Assembly: GCA_021414205.1 (NCBI GenBank)
Contig: JAIOOW010000002.1
Span: 281,062-338,170, forward strand
DNA length: 57,109 nt
Reading direction: 5' to 3'
From: Candidatus Anderseniibacteriota bacterium
Lineage (GTDB): Bacteria; Patescibacteriota; Andersenbacteria; UBA10190
Positions 9,897 to 17,202 of the stretch are shown piece by piece. The position numbers and the translations under genes were made by a program. The stretch's first letter is position 1; the number at the start of each line of letters is the position of its first letter. Below the pieces are notes generated by a model, which was not told the DNA's origin, did not search any database, and saw nothing but the letters and a program-made list of their open reading frames with translations.

Positions 9897-9944
9897 AGCC
9901 CGAAGCACACCGCTCCGGGCTTTTTTATTTCAACATCCCTGCAA
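9897..9944 (+). terminator. Intrinsic terminator plus conserved 24-bp tail
   Basis: AGCCCGAAGC-acacc-GCTCCGGGCT hairpin followed by TTTTTTATTTCAACATCCCTGCAA. Confidence 0.75.
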
Positions 9945-10050
9945 ACGCTTTAGAATATGTATCACTTGACATCATTAAAAATAATAATCATTATACAGCC
10001 AAGGTAACACAAACGCTCATTTCAACCTTCCATCAACTAAAGGGCAAAAC

Positions 10051-10467
10051 ATGCCAACACTCGAAATCGTCGAACAAACGTACGATGCGTACGAGCTCAT
10101 GGTTCTCCAAGCCCATGTCGACTTTTACCGCCTTATACCTGAAGCACGTTCCCTGACGGGATTCAGTATGCGCCACCAGCTTCTCTGCGCAAACGCTTGC
10201 GAGCGACTGGCCAAACGAGGAATGCTAACGATACAAACAATCCTTAGCGAGATCGTTTGGAAAACAATCGATATTGATCCCAGCGATGAGCTGTATCAGC
10301 TTGCACTGACTCACGGACAATTCGAACGAGTAGATCTCACCAATCCCCCGCTAATTCGATTCATAACGGAAACAAAATTCCCTGGTTTCCAAGCTCGGCT
10401 TACCGAGGAATCCGTTCCCGAAGTTGTCAGGTTATTCAAAGCTGGAATTATCAAAAAGAACGACTGA
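10051..10467 (+). CDS. Orphan hypothetical protein (138 aa)
   Basis: TTGACA at 9966, boxA-like CGCTCATTTCAA at 10014, AAAGGG upstream of the ATG, terminator downstream. Confidence 0.75.
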   Translation: MPTLEIVEQTYDAYELMVLQAHVDFYRLIPEARSLTGFSMRHQLLCANACERLAKRGMLTIQTILSEIVWKTIDIDPSDELYQLALTHGQFERVDLTNPPLIRFITETKFPGFQARLTEESVPEVVRLFKAGIIKKND

Positions 10468-10492
10468 CAAACAAGCATCGCCACCCCTTACC

Positions 10493-10530
10493 GCTCCGCG
10501 CATTTGCACGGAGCTTTTTATTTCAACATC
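10493..10530 (+). terminator. Intrinsic terminator plus conserved tail
   Basis: GCTCCGCGCATTTGCACGGAGC followed by TTTTTATTTCAACATC. Confidence 0.75.
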
Positions 10531-10540
10531 TCTACCAATA

Positions 10541-10569
10541 TTGACATCATAATGAAGGAAAGGTATAAC
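10541..10569 (+). promoter_or_regulatory. Sigma70-type promoter
   Basis: TTGACA-N17-TATAAC, followed by boxA-like CGCTCCTTTCCAAT (10577..10590). Confidence 0.6.
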
Positions 10570-10622
10570 CATAAGTCGCTCCTTTCCAATCCACATCACT
10601 TCGCTAGTAGAGGAAATATCCC

Positions 10623-11159
10623 ATGTCGGCAATCCGTATCCGTCCTGCACGCGTCAGCGATCTCCCCGTCCTATTTACGATGATTCGAGAAATGGCCCAA
10701 TTCCTGAACCATGACCACGTCTTCATAGTCACCCAGCAACAGTTAAAAAAACATCTTTTCGATAAGCCCATCATCCAATGCATGATTGCGGAATTAACGG
10801 AAAGCGATGCGCCTGTCGGCTACATGGCATACTACAACACCTTTTCAACATTCCGAGGCACTCCAGGGATTCATCTGGAAGATATCTTCGTACGAGATGG
10901 CTTTCGCGAAAAAAAGGTCGGAAGATCCCTCATTCACGCAATCTGCCAAATCGCGAAGAAGCAAGGCTGTTCACGTATTCAATGGGAGGCGCCTGCAGAC
11001 AACGATAGAGCAAATCGTTTTTACAACAGCTTAGATGTTCCTACTGTCGGCGGCTGGATCGTATATCGGATCACGAACGCCTTGAACGATTTTGCTGACT
11101 CACGAGCAATTTACGAATTCGAAGAACCGCAGACACCGGCTTCGCAAAAGAAGAAGTAG
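10623..11159 (+). CDS. GNAT N-acetyltransferase (spermidine/diamine acetyltransferase-like)
   Basis: IRPARVSD, YYNTFSTFRGTPGIHLEDIFVRDGFREKKVGRSLI, ANRFYNSL. Confidence 0.85.
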   Translation: MSAIRIRPARVSDLPVLFTMIREMAQFLNHDHVFIVTQQQLKKHLFDKPIIQCMIAELTESDAPVGYMAYYNTFSTFRGTPGIHLEDIFVRDGFREKKVGRSLIHAICQIAKKQGCSRIQWEAPADNDRANRFYNSLDVPTVGGWIVYRITNALNDFADSRAIYEFEEPQTPASQKKK

Positions 11160-11173
11160 TAATAATGACGCCG

Positions 11174-11222
11174 TCTCTCAGAACACAGTTCTGGGAGATT
11201 TTTTATTTCAACATCCCTGCAA
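11174..11222 (+). terminator. Intrinsic terminator plus conserved 24-bp tail
   Basis: TCTCTCAGAAC-aca-GTTCTGGGAGA followed by TTTTTTATTTCAACATCCCTGCAA, identical to 9921..9944. Confidence 0.75.
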
Positions 11223-11264
11223 GCGTCTTTGCCGGCCTGCGATAATGCGTTGCAAAACGCCTCA

Positions 11265-11486
11265 TTATTTGCGAATCTCCAGCAGCTTTTTGGTACTTGT
11301 TCGCCCGGTTACAAGCCGTATATTCGTCGTCGGTACGCCATAATACTGCGCGACCAGCTTTATAATCGCCCAATTCGCCCGCCCCTTTTCGGGCGCCTCC
11401 TTCACATGCACAACCAAATTCTCCTCGTCGATTTTCTCAACCCGACTCTCCCGCGCATGAACCTTCGCCTTAATCGTGATGTACAT
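11265..11486 (-). CDS. DUF167 (YggU-like) protein
   Basis: VHVKEAPEKGRANWAIIKLVAQYYGV...GRTSTKKLLEI. Confidence 0.9.
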   Translation of the reverse strand: MYITIKAKVHARESRVEKIDEENLVVHVKEAPEKGRANWAIIKLVAQYYGVPTTNIRLVTGRTSTKKLLEIRK

Positions 11487-11572
11487 AATTATATCTTACT
11501 GCAGTTTCTAATCGCCTGCCCCACAAGAACATCCCTCAAAAAATAGATTTTTCGACTAGCGCACAATCATAC

Positions 11573-11606
11573 AAATAAAAACGCGTGGGCCAATGGCACC
11601 ACGCGC
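11573..11606 (-). terminator. Intrinsic terminator (minus strand)
   Basis: Minus strand GCGCGTGGTGCCATTGGCCCACGCGT followed by TTTTATTT. Confidence 0.75.
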
Positions 11607-11623
11607 ATACGCACACAGACTAC

Positions 11624-11941
11624 CTACAATCGAACCCCAAAGCGCTTCGCCTTGCCGTTTGTAAGTCGCCTGCTGCGAGTTGATTTCTGCTTATCCCTGG
11701 ATAGCAACCTGGCCAAATCATCGCGCCTTTGAGCAAGAATCCTCATACTGTTCACAAACTTACTCCTGAGCACATCAGCTTCCGGTGCATTTAAGAATTC
11801 TGTCACAGTACGAACGAGAGTATCGGCAGGCCCACGAATATTCCCGATCGTTTTTTGGGTTGCATGTTCCAATTTATGGATTACATCATCGCAAGAGAAT
11901 GTGAGCTCGGAAATCTGTGAGTAATCAACCTGAGTCTTCAC
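11624..11941 (-). CDS. Orphan hypothetical protein (about 105 aa, basic C-terminus)
   Basis: GTG start at 11941 with SD TAGGAG; upstream TTGACA-N18-TACAGT and GGTTCTTTATA. Confidence 0.65.
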   Translation of the reverse strand: MKTQVDYSQISELTFSCDDVIHKLEHATQKTIGNIRGPADTLVRTVTEFLNAPEADVLRSKFVNSMRILAQRRDDLARLLSRDKQKSTRSRRLTNGKAKRFGVRL

Positions 11942-12028
11942 GTGATCTCTCCTATAAAGAACCTTCGAAAACTTTCCGACCAAAGATACTGTATGCCTCC
12001 ATTCGCATACATGTCAATATCAGTATGC

Positions 12029-12068
12029 GATGTGCAAATAAAAAACACGGCATCGTTTGATACCGTGC
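12029..12068 (-). terminator. Intrinsic terminator plus variant conserved tail
   Basis: Minus strand GCACGGTATC-aaac-GATGCCGTG followed by TTTTTTATTTGCACATC. Confidence 0.75.
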
Positions 12069-12078
12069 GACTGCATCC

Positions 12079-12894
12079 TCACTCGAACGCAGGATTGGTT
12101 GCGGCTTCCAGTTTCACATATTCGCGAAACTGCTTACCTGACATTTGGAGCACTTGCCCGCGAAGCGCCAGAGAAGCAATCATGCGCGTCGTCATGATTT
12201 GCTGCCGCATAAGGAGAGGAACTTGATCCTGCCTCATGCACATCTCCAACTTCTGCTGAAGCTGTTGCGACATAACCTGTCTCATATGCATTCCCGCAGG
12301 CTCGCGCGCAATCCGCTGCATCGTTGCATCGTACTCCCTGCGATCGGCTTCATCCGTAAGCTGTGGGCGGCAATCCTCTCTGCAAAGATTGTACCCCCAC
12401 ACCATATCGAAGAATTCACCGATAGCCTCCACGTTCGCATCCGCCATCGGACCGACCGTATTCACGAGCGTTCGAGAACGTTCGATATCGCGACCGTCCA
12501 CTCGAAAACGCTGGCGAGTGGTTGTTTTAAGTAACGGCTGCCCGCGGAAATCAATCTGCTTGCCACGAAGCGCGAATTGAGATCGCGTTTCATTGAACGT
12601 AGATTCCACTTTTGGGAAGTCGAGCATCGTAATCTCGATCGCCAGACGGCCATCCCGGCCGTTGTGATCCGGAATGATCTCGACGTACTTCAGATCTGGG
12701 TCAACGGGAAAATGATCGCGGCGGCATACGTATACATGTGGTGAAATGCGCGCGAACATAGCATCGCTTGCCACAACGGCAGACGCAACATCTGACCACA
12801 TCGGAATATCGATCGTAAAATTGCCATCCACAAACGCGAAGCAATTTTCGATCATCGCCTTCCACGGCCGGCTTTCATACATTGGACGACTCAT
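12079..12894 (-). CDS. Orphan protein (271 aa) with C-terminal sigma54 Region-I-like segment
   Basis: SD GGAG and upstream TTGACA; C-terminus QQIMTTRMIASL...VLQMSGKQFREYVKLEAATNPAFE. Confidence 0.75.
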   Translation of the reverse strand: MSRPMYESRPWKAMIENCFAFVDGNFTIDIPMWSDVASAVVASDAMFARISPHVYVCRRDHFPVDPDLKYVEIIPDHNGRDGRLAIEITMLDFPKVESTFNETRSQFALRGKQIDFRGQPLLKTTTRQRFRVDGRDIERSRTLVNTVGPMADANVEAIGEFFDMVWGYNLCREDCRPQLTDEADRREYDATMQRIAREPAGMHMRQVMSQQLQQKLEMCMRQDQVPLLMRQQIMTTRMIASLALRGQVLQMSGKQFREYVKLEAATNPAFE

Positions 12895-12982
12895 GAAAAT
12901 GCTCCGCTTACTAGAGGGATATTGTAAAGGGTGCTCGTTCTTATGTACTTTTATTTATAGTATTTGTCAAGATATACGGCAC

Positions 12983-13576
12983 TTACCGATTCTTCGCAGT
13001 CCACAAATTATCCCACCAAGCGGATGGAGCCGTGGTGTAAATAGCTTTGCCGATTTCTTTGGATTTTTTATGCGTTAATTTTTGCAATTGCGCATTGCCT
13101 TTTTGTTTTCCTTTTCCATTCAGCCAGATGCTTGCCTCTTTATTGCCTTGCCACTCGTATTCGCGAAGGAGCAGCACTTGATCGAGCAAATCTGCATCTT
13201 TGGCAATGGTGGATTCTTTTGATTCCCGGATTTCGTATTCATCGATCAACTCTTTCAAATCCGGAAACGGCAATGTGCCTAATTGATCTGCGTGCACTTC
13301 ATCTTCAAATAATTTCGCATAGCGCTTGTGCACCCAATTGTGATCGCCCGTGCGCGCCTCGGCCATATCATGAATAAGCGCCATCAGCGTTGTTTTGTAC
13401 GGATCGGCACCTTCTTCTTTTGCCAGAATCCACGCAATGATTGCCACTCGATAGGAGTGCGAGGCAATGGTATCCGAATCGTCATCCGTTAACAGCATCT
13501 GCCGATGCATGCGGGGCAATTTACGCATCGTGCCGATTTCAAATAAGAAGTTCGCTATTCGTTTGTATTTATTCAT
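12983..13576 (-). CDS. HD-domain phosphohydrolase (YfbR/HDDC2-like)
   Basis: TIASHSYRV, ALIHDMAEARTGD, KDADLLD; start reassigned to MNKYKR. Confidence 0.9.
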   Translation of the reverse strand: MNKYKRIANFLFEIGTMRKLPRMHRQMLLTDDDSDTIASHSYRVAIIAWILAKEEGADPYKTTLMALIHDMAEARTGDHNWVHKRYAKLFEDEVHADQLGTLPFPDLKELIDEYEIRESKESTIAKDADLLDQVLLLREYEWQGNKEASIWLNGKGKQKGNAQLQKLTHKKSKEIGKAIYTTAPSAWWDNLWTAKNR

Positions 13577-13626
13577 ATCCAAACTATATCCCTGGCAATA
13601 CGCTTTATACAAGGTATAGTAGATGT

Positions 13627-14094
13627 ATGTTACAAGAAGGCACCAAGGCTCCGGATTTTTCCGCCCAAGACCAATTTGAAAAAACGCATACGCTTGCAGA
13701 CTACGCGGGCAAGTGGCTGATACTGTATTTTTACCCGAAAGACGACACCCCAGGATGCACCAAAGAGGCATGCGCCATCCGCGATGCATGGACGGATTTT
13801 TCCGATGCAAAAATCAGCGTACTTGGCGTAAGCAAAGATTCTGTTGCAAGTCATATGAAATTTGCGGAAAAATACTCCCTGCCATTTCCACTCCTTGCAG
13901 ATGAAGACAGAAAGATATTACAAGCATACGAAGCGGAGGGCGAGAAAAACTTATACGGAAAGATGCACTTCGGCACGCTCAGGATTACATACTTAATCAA
14001 CCCGGATGGCGTGATTGCAAAAGCATACCCGAACGTAAAACCGGATAAGCACGCCAAGCAGATTTTAGAAGACTTTACGAGTTTGAAGTCTTAA
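13627..14094 (+). CDS. bcp: Thioredoxin-dependent peroxiredoxin (BCP/PrxQ)
   Basis: LYFYPKDDTPGCTKEAC motif; start reassigned to MLQEG. Confidence 0.95.
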   Translation: MLQEGTKAPDFSAQDQFEKTHTLADYAGKWLILYFYPKDDTPGCTKEACAIRDAWTDFSDAKISVLGVSKDSVASHMKFAEKYSLPFPLLADEDRKILQAYEAEGEKNLYGKMHFGTLRITYLINPDGVIAKAYPNVKPDKHAKQILEDFTSLKS

Positions 14095-14614
14095 GCAATT
14101 CCGAAAACTTTGCCTGAAGCTTTTCCAGCTTTGGACTGATAGTCGCCTCGCAATACGGATTATCTTTGTTTTTTTCGTAATACTTTTGGTGATAATCCTC
14201 TGCGAAATAAAATTCGGTAAATGGCGTTACTTCCGTCACAACCTTTTTGCCATCTTGGTTTAACTTGTCTATAAAGTTTTTAGCTTCAACTTCCTGCTGC
14301 GGCGTCGTGAAGAAAATAGCAGATCGGTACTGCGTACCCACATCTGCGCCCTGACGATTGAGCGTTGTCGGATCGTGCGTTGCAAAAAAGACGATCAGCA
14401 AATCATTATAGGTAATTTTTGACGGATCAAATACGATCTTCGTCGCTTCCGCATGCCCCGTATTTCCGGAACAGACTTGTTCATATGTCGGATTTGGGAC
14501 CGTACCGCCAGCATATCCTGGTTTTACATCCTCAACACCCTTTAAACTGGAAAAGACTGCTTCTGTGCACCAGAAGCATCCTCCGCCAAATACTGCTGTT
14601 TCTATATTGTTCAT
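14075..14614 (-). CDS. msrA: Peptide methionine sulfoxide reductase A
   Basis: GGGCFWCTE, TGHAE, HDPTTLNRQGADVGTQYRS, AEDYHQKY. Confidence 0.97.
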   Translation of the reverse strand: MNNIETAVFGGGCFWCTEAVFSSLKGVEDVKPGYAGGTVPNPTYEQVCSGNTGHAEATKIVFDPSKITYNDLLIVFFATHDPTTLNRQGADVGTQYRSAIFFTTPQQEVEAKNFIDKLNQDGKKVVTEVTPFTEFYFAEDYHQKYYEKNKDNPYCEATISPKLEKLQAKFSELLKTSNS

Positions 14615-14633
14615 AAATAAATAGGTAAAAATA

Positions 14634-15746
14634 TTATCCGAATGTAAACGTATACGCCTGCAAGCCCGGGTTTTGAATGATGAGTTTAAGCGTATGTGAT
14701 CCTGCATCTTTTTCATCTACAAGATCGTAGAGCTGATTTGCCTGTACAGAAATTGTTTTTACCAGCACACCATCGCGATACACCTGCACGGAATTCGGCT
14801 GCATCGATCCTGAAACAAAGTACACATGCTGCGCTCGATACTTGTACGAGATAGATGCGCCTGCGGAAATAGTTTGCGCGTATTCCTGCTGAATATCCCA
14901 CGAACCATCCAAGTAGAATGTATTGTCTTTTAGAATTGCCGGTACCTGGAATTGCCCCATGCCCGTCTTGCCGATCGTTCCGTTCCCAAAATATTGATTG
15001 CGCGCCGATCCGAAATATGTTTCTGGACTCCCTACCTGCGCAGTGTCTACGGAAATTGCATTCGTCGGATTAGCCATATCTGTTTTAATATCTTCTTTTT
15101 GACCTAACACTTGCGCGCGTTCTTTAAGCGCATCCTGAATCGCCTTTTCCGTCACATCGTAATCGCCCTCGCCCGCATGATCATGCACGATAAAGCCATC
15201 GATATCTATGAGATACTCCCGCGGCCAATATTGATTTTGAAATGCATTCCATGTGCCGTAATCGTTATCGAGCACCACAGGATACTTCACTCCGTATTTT
15301 TGAGTGGCAGCCTTTACGTTATTGATATCGTGCTCGAATTGAAATTCAGGAGTATGCACGCCAATGATTTCTAACCCTTGGTCTTTATATTTGTCGTACC
15401 ACGCTGTTACATAAGGAAGAGTTCGCTGACAATTAATACAACTGTACGTCCAGAAGTCTATTAAGATAACTTTTTTACCGATCAAATCTTGAATTTTAAA
15501 CGGATCCGTATTTACAAACCCGCTCGGATTCACAAAGTCTACTGCGCGAGGATATTGCTTCGCCTTTTGAGCGATAATTGCAGAGCGATCAGCAGAGCCT
15601 GCCATGCTTGCAATCGGAATAGCAGCACCTGGGCCAGTTGCGCTATGGTGCGACGAAATAGACTCTAAATACCATACTGCACCGGCAATAAGAATTAACA
15701 CTATTCCTAAAATACTATTTCTATGGCGAGGTGATAATTGTTTCAT
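14634..15746 (-). CDS. Membrane-anchored thioredoxin-like protein (DipZ C-terminal type)
   Basis: DFWTYSCINCQRTLPYV, GVHTPEFQFE, SPETYFG, C-terminal AYTFTFG. Confidence 0.9.
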   Translation of the reverse strand: MKQLSPRHRNSILGIVLILIAGAVWYLESISSHHSATGPGAAIPIASMAGSADRSAIIAQKAKQYPRAVDFVNPSGFVNTDPFKIQDLIGKKVILIDFWTYSCINCQRTLPYVTAWYDKYKDQGLEIIGVHTPEFQFEHDINNVKAATQKYGVKYPVVLDNDYGTWNAFQNQYWPREYLIDIDGFIVHDHAGEGDYDVTEKAIQDALKERAQVLGQKEDIKTDMANPTNAISVDTAQVGSPETYFGSARNQYFGNGTIGKTGMGQFQVPAILKDNTFYLDGSWDIQQEYAQTISAGASISYKYRAQHVYFVSGSMQPNSVQVYRDGVLVKTISVQANQLYDLVDEKDAGSHTLKLIIQNPGLQAYTFTFG

Positions 15747-16450
15747 GATTGCAACAATATGCTATTTAATACTCCCCAATTCGCAATAAGGCTCAAGCTT
15801 TGAGTAAACACTAAAATACCAAGCAAAATTAATATCGCTCCAAAGATAATAGATAAAATTTCGAATTTAGATGCGTATTTGTTAATAAACACCTGCGCTT
15901 GTGCGGCGAAGAATCCGACAACGATAAATGGAATGCCAAGCCCGAGCGAATATGCGAGTAGGAGCGCAAATGATTGACCAGGCTGCGTAACTGCAAGCGA
16001 TAATATTGCTCCGAGCGCAGCACCTACGCATGGCGTCCACCCAGCTGCAAAAGCCGCGCCGAATAACATCGATGTTACGTATCGAGAAGAAAATGTGTGA
16101 ACGGAAAATTTATGATCGCGTTCCAGGAATGGAACTTTTATAAGCCTAACTAAATACAGGCCGAAGAAAATAATAAACAGTCCGCCAATGCGAGCAAGCC
16201 ACGATTGAACCGTTGGAGCAACGTGAAGCAGCACCGTATTAAGAAGCACACCAAGTAATGCAAATAGAATTGAGAAGCCCAGCACGAAGAAAATACTATT
16301 GATCACCATTTCTTTCCTGCTTGGCGTCTTAGTGCCAGCACCTGCTAAATACGCTAAAAATCCTGGAATAATTGGCAATACGCACGGCGCAAAAAAAGAT
16401 ACCACCCCGCCGATAAACGCTACGTATATAGATACGGATGACATAAGCAC
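15743..16450 (-). CDS. ccdA: CcdA/DsbD-family disulfide transporter
   Basis: SFFAPCVLPIIPGFL and AAGWTPCVGAALGAIL in a multi-TM protein. Confidence 0.9.
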   Translation of the reverse strand: MLMSSVSIYVAFIGGVVSFFAPCVLPIIPGFLAYLAGAGTKTPSRKEMVINSIFFVLGFSILFALLGVLLNTVLLHVAPTVQSWLARIGGLFIIFFGLYLVRLIKVPFLERDHKFSVHTFSSRYVTSMLFGAAFAAGWTPCVGAALGAILSLAVTQPGQSFALLLAYSLGLGIPFIVVGFFAAQAQVFINKYASKFEILSIIFGAILILLGILVFTQSLSLIANWGVLNSILLQS

Positions 16451-16462
16451 ACTATACCAAGA

Positions 16463-17200
16463 TTAACAGGGCGGCACACCATTATTCCACGCCGTATTTG
16501 CAATCGGCTTGCCGTCTAATAACCACGTCTGGCATGTAATAGGGTCTGTACTGGAATAGGTCATCGTAGCCTGCACTTGCACAGAAGACCCCGTGAGCAC
16601 AGAAGATCCTGGGGCAGGAGCTGTAAATACGATGCTAGGCGTCGCAGCAGTACTGGGAGCAGGAGTGACGGTTAAGGTCGCTGTTGGATTTGGAGTAGGG
16701 TCGCTTCCTCCCCCATCATTACTTCCACCCCCGCCGCCTCCACCACCAGAATTATCAGAAGGTTGTTGAACAGCAATCACTGTTTTACCGGGAACAACTT
16801 TTACCGGACTTCGAGAAGACAGCATCCATAATAACTTTTTAGATGCATCTCGCGCAGTAAGCCTGATATATCCTGTTTTGGATTTGAGCTGAGGAATTTC
16901 TACAACTGCCTTCCCCGTATTTGGAGCAACTGCGCTTAACTGAACACATCCGATACTCGTTTTTCCTGGACAAAATTCTATTTTTTCGTACGGATATGCC
17001 CTTGAACCCTGAGTGCTCACGTCCCAGGTTATAGTCATACGTTCTCCTGTTTTTAACACCGATGGTCCTAAAATCTTAAACGAAAGTCCGGGGGCAACCC
17101 GTGTTCCAATATAGGGAGAAAATAATATAGCGAGAACAATCACTACAATTGCCCCTAACGCTACTGCAAACCCGATAAAAATGGCGCGTATATCTAGCAT
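16463..17200 (-). CDS. Membrane-anchored surface protein: Ig-like domain, Gly/Pro-Thr linker, partial Ig-like domain
   Basis: N-terminal TM; GERMTITW...APNTGKAVVEIP; poly-Gly; ends PSIVFTAPAPGSSV...WLLDGKPI...PPC. Confidence 0.7.
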   Translation of the reverse strand: MLDIRAIFIGFAVALGAIVVIVLAILFSPYIGTRVAPGLSFKILGPSVLKTGERMTITWDVSTQGSRAYPYEKIEFCPGKTSIGCVQLSAVAPNTGKAVVEIPQLKSKTGYIRLTARDASKKLLWMLSSRSPVKVVPGKTVIAVQQPSDNSGGGGGGGGSNDGGGSDPTPNPTATLTVTPAPSTAATPSIVFTAPAPGSSVLTGSSVQVQATMTYSSTDPITCQTWLLDGKPIANTAWNNGVPPC

Positions 17201-17202
17201 AA

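Noticed and set aside
6446-11222. CRISPR array from the 24-27 bp repeats
   Set aside because: Copies are hundreds of bases apart and separated by whole genes; no cas genes are present.
5655-12975. Classical integron cassette array
   Set aside because: No integrase in the window, the hairpins lack RYYYAAC/GTTRRRY attC ends, the cassettes carry their own promoters and they occur on both strands.
12983-14094. Apparent long overlap between the HD-domain and bcp ORFs
   Set aside because: Artefact of upstream start choice; starts at 13576 and 13627 give a normal divergent pair.
16700-16760. Poly-Gly low-complexity tract as a DNA repeat element
   Set aside because: Codons are varied; it is a protein linker.
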